Of a stretch of 64,000 nt of DNA, positions 10,489-18,591 are shown piece after piece. The position numbers and the translations under genes are program-made. This DNA is from Planctomycetota bacterium. Lineage in GTDB: Bacteria; Planctomycetota; Planctomycetia; Pirellulales; UBA1268. The DNA is taken from positions 49,886-113,885 of the forward strand of contig JABAAH010000001.1 of the NCBI GenBank assembly GCA_014238855.1, in the 5' to 3' direction. The notes below the pieces were generated by a model. It did no database searches and was not told where the DNA came from. It saw only the letters and a program-made list of their open reading frames with translations. Every line of letters begins with the position of its first letter. The first letter of the stretch is position 1.

Positions 10489-10530
10489 CAGGGAATGTTG
10501 CAACAGCACACGACTGGGCTCTCTGAACCA
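10489..10530 (+). repeat. Degenerate copy of tRNA-Gln 5' half (positions ~1-41), att-type remnant
   Basis: Hand alignment to 14653-14693 gives 32 of 41 identities with one 3-nt deletion and three 1-2-nt insertions (GGGAATG, AAC, AGCAC, CTGG, CTCT, GAACCA blocks). Similarity ends at the 3' strand of the anticodon stem. It lies about 90 nt right of the older integrase start. Confidence 0.7.
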
Positions 10531-10874
10531 ACGCACCTTCCTCCCTCGAGCAGATACTCCAACTGAGGCAGTTGTCTTGTTCGGGTTGAATTGACGGACC
10601 AATGAAGAATCGATGCTCATCTATTTTATAAAAACGGAATCAATCAAAAAATATATAGAAAGACTTCCTTATTGAGAATCAGTATCAAATACGGTTGTTG
10701 TGGATGAAATGACACGCACTATAGGAAATAAAAACTATTCGCCGGAAGCAGCCTGCTTGCACCTTCCACCCAGCAAAGTTCGTCGTGGGTGGTGTGACTG
10801 AATTTTGGCGTTGCCTTTTCAGACAAAGTCCTCATACAGTTCTGACTGGGAACAGTTACATTCGGAGAACTACC

Positions 10875-11135
10875 ATGAGTCGAACTTGTATCGTCACGCA
10901 TCACAAAGACGAAACTCAGAGTAGCAAGCACCGACGGTGGACCAACATTGTTTCAATGCTTCCCAAACTGCTCATGTTTATTCCCGTCCTGCTTTGTGTC
11001 AGTCTCTTGTGTTTCGCTATGTCCGCTCATCCAGCGGGTGCCACTTCGAGACCAGTCTCAAAACAAGTCATTGCAGGAATTTCTTTAAAGGAAATAGCAA
11101 GACTTCAAGGGGAACTAGTTTTCACTCACCATTGA
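10875..11135 (+). CDS. Hypothetical small signal-anchored protein
   Basis: 86-aa ORF from an internal ATG with one hydrophobic helix (LLMFIPVLLCVSLLCFAMSA). No recognisable family, and it lies in decayed DNA. Confidence 0.25.
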   Translation: MSRTCIVTHHKDETQSSKHRRWTNIVSMLPKLLMFIPVLLCVSLLCFAMSAHPAGATSRPVSKQVIAGISLKEIARLQGELVFTHH

Positions 11136-11621
11136 TTCTGTCGGTATCACCAGTACGACAATGAGCGGAACCGTCGGCGAGGTAAACCCCGGCCACCTTG
11201 CCCGTGATGGTTGTATCAGCTGCTTTGGTAGCTGAGCAGCCAATGGCACTAATATTGCCTGATACATCGTCTATGCAAAAATGATTCGCAGAAAGATAAT
11301 CGACAGGATTGCAAGAACAGAAAGTCAACAAAGCAAAGCGTTCAGTGCGGATGATTGACTTATAGGAGGCGCGGTCGCAGGATTTGGTACTGGAACGGAT
11401 CTCCACGGCATCGTTTTTTAAAAAACTTGTAAACATTAGCCATAAAAGCCCGGACCCTCGCCCAATGGCGACGGCGCTCGCCATTCAGGACAGACTGATG
11501 TCATCATCGGCATCGAATTCATGGCCGTAGGATTATTAGTATCTACAAAAGCTGTGCTTGCCGACAGATTATCACGGAGGCAGCGGATCAACCACTTTGT
11601 TACGAGCGTGATGTTTGACAT
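11122..11621 (-). pseudogene. DUF1559 / H-X9-DG (prepilin-type processing-associated) family remnant, frameshifted and N-terminally truncated
   Basis: The C-terminus ...GKVAGVYLADGSAHCRTGDTD resembles the ..NVLFADGSV.. H-X9-DG end. CDRASYKSIIRTE resembles the DGTSNTI..E motif, and RCLRDNLSAS resembles QC.NNLKQ. The gene is split over two frames (11436-11621 and 11122-11484). No pilin-like hydrophobic N-terminus remains. Confidence 0.45.
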
Positions 11622-12118
11622 CTTCTTTTCTTCTGATGGTTGTCAACGCAATAAAGATTGGCCTCAACTTGGTCAGACAACTTTTCCTGTTGCGCTTTCT
11701 GGATATTTCGTGTGCTCACTGCTTTTACTGCAGCGAAACCACTGCGGTGCGTCTTTCGGACAATTCTTTTCCGGTGTGAACCAATGGTTTTTTAAGGCCG
11801 TATCGCTGGTAACTTCCGCAACTTATACCCCGTCAAGTTTTGCTCTGCCTTTCGCATACTTGACGGGGTGTTGCTTACACACACAGGAATCAGATGCAAT
11901 GGAAAAAACATTACAAGAACAAATCAAACGCGTTCAGACACTAACAGACAACCAGAAGGAAAGATTTCTCAGGATTTATTTTCATGGATGCCAGCATTTA
12001 TTTGTCGATAGCGCCGTTCGAACTGCTGATCCTGAATAACTGTCTGTCGTGTAAATGCCCATTCGTAGGTTGCTGACCAGCCTGCGGACGGGCTTTCTTA
12101 TTCAACCGAAAGAACCCG

Positions 12119-12298
12119 ATGAAACACGAAACAGTTATGACCTTTGGTAATGACGATCAGTACGAACTAATAGATACCGAATGTGCTGTTTGCCTGTGTG
12201 AATTTTCCTTAGTGCAAACAATTGGAGAGTTGTCGTTGCCATTGTGTGCTACCTGCGAGACGGCTATGGAGTTTTGTAGATACGAATTGGGAGAATAG
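12119..12298 (+). CDS. Small CxxC...CxxC zinc-ribbon-like protein (59 aa)
   Basis: MKHETVMTFGNDDQYELIDTECAVCLCEFSLVQTIGELSLPLCATCETAMEFCRYELGE. It falls just below the ORF-track cutoff and has two CxxC pairs. It has no SD, and its context is decayed. Confidence 0.3.
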   Translation: MKHETVMTFGNDDQYELIDTECAVCLCEFSLVQTIGELSLPLCATCETAMEFCRYELGE

Positions 12299-13087
12299 AG
12301 GAATTGAAATACCGATCGTTTAGGAAGAAGGAGACCGAGTTGTACGAGCCTATGTCGTTCTTGGCTGTTTTTTCGAGGCTGGTCTATTCGCGGTTGTGGC
12401 TAAGGATTATGTCACACCAATTATTCTGTCTTACCTAAAAGCGGATGGTGGCTACGCACTCGGCCTTATTGGCGTTGCCATCGTTCGCGGTATTATCGGC
12501 TTTAATGTCGATTGGCTGGCGTTCTGATAAACGGTTCGACAAGTAAGCAAGTACGACCTGGAATCGTCACAATATGAGTAGTGCCACAACAACAACCAAA
12601 AAACGTACAAAGTGCGAGAAGTTGAAGCCACGGAAAGATTTTTTAAAACAGTAACGAAAAGACATTTCCTATCGGGCTTCATTAGATAGGCCATGGTTTT
12701 ATCCCCCATACGAGTTTCCAAGCTATTGCACAGAAAGCCAGGGCGGGGAGGGGTCTTGGCTCCATCAGTGCCAAGCCGGAATAGACACCCCTATAGAAAT
12801 ATTGAAAAACCATGATGCTCATTGTGCGATTAAAGCTAAGAAACACTTTTGCACTGAATCACCCTGTCGGCTCAATATGTTTTCAAGATCATCAGCTCGG
12901 AAGCAAATACCATGTCTGCTGATGCAGACATGTTTGGGGGCCTTTGTTTCTGCTTTTTCAAGTGCGTCCGGCTTGATTCTTTCCGCCTAAGAAAGCTACC
13001 GCTTCGATGTCGACTACGATTCTCATTTGGTATCTCCGTTTGCGGTGAGCTCCAAACAGGGGCGCGCATTTGGACGCATGTAGATGA

Positions 13088-13564
13088 TTACTTTTTGCGT
13101 TCTTGTTTTAATCGTCTGCGGATGTAGTGGCCGCAAGTAGATGGCTTTATTTTGATGCCATATTCTTGAAGCATGTGCTGGCTCAAGTCCTTATATCCCG
13201 GATAGCCAAGCGTCTGGTATTCGGTCCATAGCAGTTCACGCTTCTCAATAGCTTTGCGAGTACGCTTATCTGTTGAGGCTCGCAAATGTCGATTGTTTTT
13301 CCTGTCGGTCTGAATGCAACCAGAACCAAACGCTTTTGAAAGTGCTGTATGAATTGCGGCGGCCTGTGTCTCGGAGAGCTTGCCACCAATTGCCTCTGTC
13401 AACTCTGCTGTGAATGGCTCAATCAGTTCATTAAGTGCATTCACGAGTATGACCTTCCCATTTTTTTTCGTGGTGTAGTCAATGCCAGAGTAGTGACTTG
13501 CCGCAAGTTGTTCTGGTGTCAGATCTTCGCAAGCATCCCAGAGTTCATCAAACGTCGTAAACAT
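13088..13564 (-). CDS. Hypothetical protein with basic, HTH-like C-terminus (island cargo)
   Basis: 158 aa from ATG 13564 (MFTTFDELWDAC...). The C-terminal GYPGYKDLSQHMLQEYGIKIKPSTCGHYIRRRLKQERKK looks like a resolvase/Hin-type HTH plus a basic tail. The start overlaps the upstream ORF by 17 nt. Confidence 0.55.
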   Translation of the reverse strand: MFTTFDELWDACEDLTPEQLAASHYSGIDYTTKKNGKVILVNALNELIEPFTAELTEAIGGKLSETQAAAIHTALSKAFGSGCIQTDRKNNRHLRASTDKRTRKAIEKRELLWTEYQTLGYPGYKDLSQHMLQEYGIKIKPSTCGHYIRRRLKQERKK

Positions 13565-13940
13565 TGCTGCCCCCCTTAACATCCCGCCGCTTCCACGCAA
13601 GATTCGCTTTTGCAATATCGTGGCTCACCTCACCACCAATATGCGAACAACGACCAGCAAACAGGGCGGCGGCTTCGTCGACACGGCTTGCCTGCTCTGG
13701 GTCTAGTCCGTGCAGTGACTTACGAAATACATCCCATGCGGCCAAAACTCTCTGCGTGCCGTCAGCAACGACCATGATTGCCTCATTATTATTGAGAACG
13801 AGATGTTCACCAAAGTCATCAATGACAAAACCATTCTTACCAGCCCTATGTCTTTCTATGACACCGCTGATGGCCGTACCATTCATAGCAATATGCTTGG
13901 CATGTTTTTCACGTTGCTGTGCTTCTTGACTGTCTGTCAT
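13548..13940 (-). CDS. Hypothetical protein (island cargo), first gene of an overlapping pair
   Basis: 130 aa from ATG 13940 (MTDSQEAQQREKHAKHIAMNG...). Intact frame and protein-like composition, with no family recognised. It begins immediately after the integrase remnant ends. Confidence 0.5.
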   Translation of the reverse strand: MTDSQEAQQREKHAKHIAMNGTAISGVIERHRAGKNGFVIDDFGEHLVLNNNEAIMVVADGTQRVLAAWDVFRKSLHGLDPEQASRVDEAAALFAGRCSHIGGEVSHDIAKANLAWKRRDVKGGSNVYDV

Positions 13941-13944
13941 GTAT

Positions 13945-14528
13945 TCACCTCTCCATGGAATCAATCACTTTTGTAATTGCCTGCCGTATTGGTGCCAACA
14001 ACGGTCTGGCGTATCGTCCTTTGATACCTTGATATCTGCAGCCTAATGCTACAACGATAGTAAATTCATTGGCTCCTGTATCTGCCATAAAGCTAGCCAG
14101 AGTCGTACGCCCCGAGAAAGCTTCCAGATCAGCATTGGTTTGGTTGTCGGCTTTGGCTTGCCCCACCAGACGGTACGCTCTTCATAGGCTAGGAACTCGT
14201 TCACCGCCGGTATCTTTTGGCGTTCTGGAGCTAAGTCGTCTGAGTTACTCCCTTGCAACCATGCCAGCGTGTTGTTGCGGGCCGCCCCAGGAGAGGCGAT
14301 GGGCCATTCGCCTAGATTCTTCCGCATCAACTTTCCCTGTACTTTCCGAGTGACGTACCAGGACTTTGTGCCTGTTCCAGTGACGAGTAAAGCCAAGCCG
14401 CGTATTTCACCATCCTTTACTTCAAGACACCTGCTATCTAGCGGACATTTCAGCTTTTCGATAATATTGCGGGAAAGCTTCCTTGCAGGTGCTGGTCGCT
14501 TTTTCGGTATTCTATATTTAATAGACAC
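13945..14528 (-). pseudogene. Truncated, frameshifted P4-type tyrosine integrase (arm + core-binding domains only)
   Basis: 14049-14528 encodes a DUF4102-like arm (EIRGLALLVTGTGTKSWYVTRKVQGK...LGEWP). After a frameshift, 13945-14166 encodes a SAM-like core-binding segment (...RYARPLLAPIRQAITKVID). No catalytic R..HxxR..Y domain follows. Confidence 0.75.
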
Positions 14529-14652
14529 AGGCGATTATGAGTGATGATATCCTGATGGCTCTGTATGTCGTATATCAGGCATAAATCCATCTACAAGTAA
14601 GAACAACAAAACAGTATGTAATGTAGTTATTAAAGGCGTAAAAAGCAACTTT

Positions 14653-14723
14653 TGGGGAATGGTGTAACGGTAGCACGGCTGGCTCTGAACCAGTTAGTCC
14701 AGGTTCAAATCCTGGTTCCCCAG
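14653..14723 (+). tRNA. tRNA-Gln (anticodon CTG)
   Basis: Manual cloverleaf fold: acceptor TGGGGAA/TTCCCCA, D arm GTGT/GCAC, anticodon arm GCTGG-CTCTGAA-CCAGT and T arm CCAGG-TTCAAAT-CCTGG. CCA is not encoded. Confidence 0.95.
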
Positions 14724-14822
14724 TTTGCCTGCACACGGCAAAAATCTGAACGCGGAGATGCTCATTATTTCATGTCATTTCTAATTGCGATTAAGTAGTT
14801 TTTATGCATCGTAACACTACGA

Positions 14823-16028
14823 TTGAAGGACGCCTACCAAATGACTAATGCAACACCTTCAGAAAACAGCAAATCAAACCAAGTCAACACCACGCAACCG
14901 TCTGTGGCAGCATCTTCTGTGACCGACGCCGTTGGCCGTTCGGTTGATGGCCACCGCGTGCTTTTGGTCGACGATCAACCGATGATTGGTGAGGCCGTTC
15001 GACGTCTCCTTGCTGACCAGGCGGACATCACCTTTGCATTTTGCAAAGATGCGGCCAAGGCTCTGTCGACGGCAGAAGAATTTCAACCAACCGTCATTTT
15101 ACAAGACCTCGTTATGCCAGACATTGACGGACTCGACCTTGTGAGTCAGTTCCGTTCTCATCCTGGAACCGAAAAAATTCCCGTCATTATGCTATCCGCA
15201 AACGAGGAAGCTGCTACGAAAGCCCAGTTACTCGAAGCAGGAGCCAATGACTATCTGATAAAACTTCCACATCAAATTGAGCTCATTGCCCGTATCAGAG
15301 TTCATTCCGAGGCGTATAAAAGACTCCTGGAACGTGATGCTGCTTTTGGTGCACTGGAACGTTCACTTGCAGACCTGACGCGAGAAAGAGAGAAGTCAGA
15401 ACGACTTCTTCGCAATATCCTTCCAGATACGATTGCTGAACGACTCAAAAATAATGTCTCGACCATTGCCGAAACATACTCTTCCGTGAGTGTCTTGTTT
15501 GCAGATCTCTGCGGCTTTACAACGTTTTCCGAACGTGTTGACGCAAGTCAACTTGTCGACTTGCTCGATGATATCTTCTCTGCGTTTGACCACCTTGCAA
15601 ATGCTTATGGAGTTGAAAAAATTAAGACTATTGGTGATGCCTACATGGCAGTGGCCGGCCTTCCTGAACCTCGTGATGACCACGCGGAGGCGGTCGCCGG
15701 CATGGCGCTGGGGATGCTCGAGGCGTTTCGTGGTGTCATGCGTAACAGAGGGCTCTCTATGGAAGTGCGCATCGGCATCCACTCCGGCCCTGTCGTTGCA
15801 GGAGTCATCGGCAAGCATAAATTTTCTTATGACTTATGGGGTGACACTGTAAACACTGCAAGCCGCATGGAATCCCATGGCGAACCATCTCGAGTGCACG
15901 TATCCAAAGGAACATACGCACTCCTGCAAGATCGTTACCGCTTTACGGATCGTGGTGAAATGAACGTAAAAGGCAAAGGGATGCAGCAAACATATTTTCT
16001 GCTTGGACGACACGAGGAGTCCGTGTAA
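14823..16028 (+). CDS. Response-regulator receiver fused to class III adenylate/guanylate cyclase
   Basis: Receiver domain (VLLVDDQPMIGE...LQDLVMPDIDGL...MLSA) followed by a cyclase domain (VSVLFADLCGFT...IKTIGDAYMAVAG...RIGIHSGPVVAGVIG...YDLWGDTVNTASRME). The likely true start is ATG 14841. Confidence 0.85.
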   Translation: MKDAYQMTNATPSENSKSNQVNTTQPSVAASSVTDAVGRSVDGHRVLLVDDQPMIGEAVRRLLADQADITFAFCKDAAKALSTAEEFQPTVILQDLVMPDIDGLDLVSQFRSHPGTEKIPVIMLSANEEAATKAQLLEAGANDYLIKLPHQIELIARIRVHSEAYKRLLERDAAFGALERSLADLTREREKSERLLRNILPDTIAERLKNNVSTIAETYSSVSVLFADLCGFTTFSERVDASQLVDLLDDIFSAFDHLANAYGVEKIKTIGDAYMAVAGLPEPRDDHAEAVAGMALGMLEAFRGVMRNRGLSMEVRIGIHSGPVVAGVIGKHKFSYDLWGDTVNTASRMESHGEPSRVHVSKGTYALLQDRYRFTDRGEMNVKGKGMQQTYFLLGRHEESV

Positions 16029-16115
16029 GCCGGCTTTGAGTTGCTTATTCAGTAAAGAACAAAATGTATAACGACAGGCACATTACACTATGGCAAAAAC
16101 ACTGGAGCCGTCCGA

Positions 16116-16337
16116 ATGGTGAGATCACAGACGCCTTCCATCGGTGAGGCCTTTGTTTGGGTCGGACGCATTACGGCGATAGGCTTGACTATGGTACTAC
16201 CCGGGATCGTTGGTAGTTGGCTTGATTATCGACTCAACACCGCTGTCTGTGAGCCAGTTGGCTTTATTCTTGGATTTCTCGCAGGTCTTGCATCCCTCAT
16301 CCGCCTCGCTGCCACACGTCAGCAGAAGAACCCGTGA
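16116..16337 (+). CDS. AtpZ-like small membrane protein (ATP synthase gene 1 family)
   Basis: 73 aa with two TM helices. It is the first gene of the atp operon, and the ...GIVGSWLDYRLNT..PVGFILGFLAGLA.. pattern is typical of AtpZ. Confidence 0.7.
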   Translation: MVRSQTPSIGEAFVWVGRITAIGLTMVLPGIVGSWLDYRLNTAVCEPVGFILGFLAGLASLIRLAATRQQKNP

Positions 16338-16350
16338 GAAAAGCCTCTCT

Positions 16351-16845
16351 ATGCCAACGTCCTGCACATCCCGGCGAAAGTCCATAATTATTGGCCTGAT
16401 CGTCCTCACTCTCGGTCAGATCACCACTGCCGGTGCGATGCTGTGGCGGAATGCACCTAGTTTAAGCCTTGAATCTCGAGTTGTGACTGTTGGAATTGTG
16501 AGTGTGATTGCGCTCAGTGGTGGATTTTTTTCCTGGTATATCACGTGCTGGTCGAAAACGATGGCCTCAACTCAACCGGCTTTGGGCGTCGCCGCTGCCC
16601 TCGCTGCAAATTTTACCCGCCTGATAATGCCTCTATTTGCGATTGTTTTCCTCCAGATGTTCACTGGAGAAGGGCTCTTGGGTATACCTCTGAAAAATTT
16701 TATTGAAGAAACTCTTGTTGCCTCCTACCTAGTTTTGCTTTTGCTTGATATCCTTCTCCACATGGCTGGCTATGGTAAGGATATTCACGATCCTCACAGC
16801 CTAGACAACCAAGCCGCACAGACGCAAAACACCATCTCATCCTAA
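16351..16845 (+). CDS. atpI: AtpI-like ATP synthase accessory membrane protein
   Basis: 164 aa from the internal ATG at 16351 of the 16210 ORF. It has four predicted hydrophobic helices and lies directly upstream of atpB. Confidence 0.55.
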   Translation: MPTSCTSRRKSIIIGLIVLTLGQITTAGAMLWRNAPSLSLESRVVTVGIVSVIALSGGFFSWYITCWSKTMASTQPALGVAAALAANFTRLIMPLFAIVFLQMFTGEGLLGIPLKNFIEETLVASYLVLLLLDILLHMAGYGKDIHDPHSLDNQAAQTQNTISS

Positions 16846-16862
16846 AAAATTAGTGCTATCCG

Positions 16863-17849
16863 ATGTCATCGAATCCCATATACCATCTCAAAGATGCCTA
16901 CTTTTTCGAAGTACCCAAGGGTCTTTGGAGATACGACTGGAAGTCACTGAGTGACGTTCCGTCATTTTTAACGGATGGGCATCCAGACGTCACTGACGTC
17001 AATCAATTCAATCGAGCGCTTGATGGCAAGGTGCTGATTCCACAACCATTTGCTGATCTTCACAGCCTTTATACTCCGAAATCAGGATTTGCAATCTCGA
17101 AATACATGATCCTAGAACTCGTTGTAGCCGCAATCATGGTGCTGCTGTTCACACGGGTTGCGAAGCAGTTGTCGACAGGAGATCACCCAAAAGGACGATT
17201 TGCCAATCTCTTTGAAGCCTTTCTAGTGTTTATACGCGATCAGATAGCAAGGCCAGCGATTGATGACCCACCTGGACATGGCCATGATGATCAGGCCATT
17301 CCTGTACACCGAGGGGATAGTTTTGTCCCTATGCTGTGGACTCTCTTCTTTTTCGTTCTTGGGTGCAATCTCCTCGGCATGGTGCCTTGGGCAGGCTCAC
17401 CAACGGCATCATTTTCAGTCACAATTGCCCTCGCTGCAGCAACGTTTGTGACCGGAATGTTGTCCGGTATGAAGCAATTTGGTGTTTTCGGCTTTTTCTT
17501 AAACCAAGTCCCACCAATTGACATGCCCACATACCTTCTGCCGCTGAAAATCATTATTTCATGTGGGCTTTTCTTGATTGAAATGCTTGGCTTATGCATC
17601 AAACACCTGATACTTGCCGTTCGGTTACTCGCAAATATGGTGGCAGGACATCTCGTTCTCCTCGGAATTATGGGGCTTATCACAGCGGCTGCCTCTGCTT
17701 CGACTGGCACTTGGGTGACCGTCACCGTCATTAGTGTTGTCAGTGCCACGCTTTTTAGTGTGCTGGAGTTGTTCGTGGCATTCCTACAGGCCTATATTTT
17801 CACGTTTTTATCTGCTCTTTTCATCGGTGCAGCGGTTCATCACCACTAA
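16863..17849 (+). CDS. atpB: F0F1 ATP synthase subunit a
   Basis: AVRLLANMVAGH (essential Arg motif), a multi-TM architecture and its operon position. Confidence 0.95.
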   Translation: MSSNPIYHLKDAYFFEVPKGLWRYDWKSLSDVPSFLTDGHPDVTDVNQFNRALDGKVLIPQPFADLHSLYTPKSGFAISKYMILELVVAAIMVLLFTRVAKQLSTGDHPKGRFANLFEAFLVFIRDQIARPAIDDPPGHGHDDQAIPVHRGDSFVPMLWTLFFFVLGCNLLGMVPWAGSPTASFSVTIALAAATFVTGMLSGMKQFGVFGFFLNQVPPIDMPTYLLPLKIIISCGLFLIEMLGLCIKHLILAVRLLANMVAGHLVLLGIMGLITAAASASTGTWVTVTVISVVSATLFSVLELFVAFLQAYIFTFLSALFIGAAVHHH

Positions 17850-18039
17850 TGACATCAATCACTCAAAAAAAACATTTCAGGACCCTTCAAAACCTTTCAA
17901 ATTTGCTTAGAACATGTGTTCACGGATACGGGTCGAAGACTTGTTACGTTTCGCCCAATTCCACCAAAACCGATCTCATTTTATCCCGTCCGGAAATAAC
18001 TGTTTCCAGACTCACGCTTTCAAGGAGTTCCAGCCCGTG

Positions 18040-18357
18040 ATGCTTCGCTCGTTTTTCTCGGCCCGCTCGGCCAGCACACTCGCCGTCGTTTTGCTCACGC
18101 TACTCTGCGCTGATGTCGCCAGTGCTCAAGAAGCCTCTGGTGGCGGTAGAGCACTTATCGATCTGTCCGCCGCTTTTGGTGTTGGTCTTGTAGTTATTGG
18201 TGCTGCAATGGGCATTAGTAAACTTGCCGCATCAGCATATGAGAGTATGGCGCGTCAACCTGAGGTATCAGGCAATATTCAAACGGCCATGATCATTGCT
18301 GCTGCTCTCATTGAAGGATTCACTTTTTACGCGCTTTTCATCTGCTCGGGAAAGTAA
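18040..18357 (+). CDS. atpE: F0F1 ATP synthase subunit c with N-terminal signal-like extension
   Basis: The core GAAMGISKLAASAYESMARQPE...AAALIEGFTFYALF is a c-subunit hairpin with the carboxylate Glu. The start is chosen at the internal ATG 18040. About 30 extra N-terminal residues resemble a signal peptide. Confidence 0.88.
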   Translation: MLRSFFSARSASTLAVVLLTLLCADVASAQEASGGGRALIDLSAAFGVGLVVIGAAMGISKLAASAYESMARQPEVSGNIQTAMIIAAALIEGFTFYALFICSGK

Positions 18358-18481
18358 GAGTCAGTCATTCATTGCTGAACTTCAAAAAATTAGTTTTATA
18401 AAATCTCAAAGGTTTTTTGCTTTGGTGGCCTTACATGACGACCATGATTTTGAGAAGGACAGATACATAAGTTGTTAGATG

Positions 18482-18515
18482 CCAGAAATGGGTAACAACC
18501 GTCACCCATTTCTGG
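18482..18515 (+). promoter_or_regulatory. Perfect 12-bp stem-loop in the atpE-atpF spacer
   Basis: CCAGAAATGGGT-aacaaccgtc-ACCCATTTCTGG with no T-tract following. The structure is certain. The function (mRNA stability or processing) is inferred. Confidence 0.6.
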
Positions 18516-18591
18516 TCTCTGACAACTCGCAGAAGAATTCAATCGAAATTGTTAAACCTTTCGAAGTAACACCCTCGGTAGGAAATCCATC

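Larger units (their letters stand above)
8688..14652. mobile_element. Composite, heavily decayed integrative-element array at tRNA-Gln (two tandem remnants)
   Basis: Two paralogous integrase remnants, each followed on the right by a tRNA-Gln 5'-half copy. Almost no intact ORFs and many stop-riddled frames. The left boundary is tentative. Confidence 0.55.

Noticed and set aside
11521-12039. 172-aa + strand ORF
   Set aside because: Most of it is antisense to the DUF1559 remnant and Cys/Phe/Ser-rich. Only the last 46 codons (MEKTLQEQIKRVQTLTDNQKERFLRIYFHG...) look like a fragment of an HTH/sigma-r4-type gene, and that fragment is truncated.
8953-12804. 15-nt exact direct repeat CCTATAGAAATATTG at 8953-8967 and 12790-12804, considered as att sites
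   Set aside because: A 15-mer repeat is near chance expectation for a 64-kb window and the flanks do not align. The tRNA-Gln 5'-half copies explain the island boundaries better.
17291-17749. Long antisense or overlapping ORFs inside conserved genes (for example 17291-17749 in atpB, 23018-23440 in atpD, 15396-15818 in the cyclase gene, 2931-3461 in uvrB, 28131-29020 opposite the prepilin peptidase, 46267-47011 opposite dnaE2/imuB)
   Set aside because: These are shadow frames of strongly supported genes on the other strand or in another frame. Their composition is skewed (Arg/Ser/Leu-rich) and they carry no motifs.
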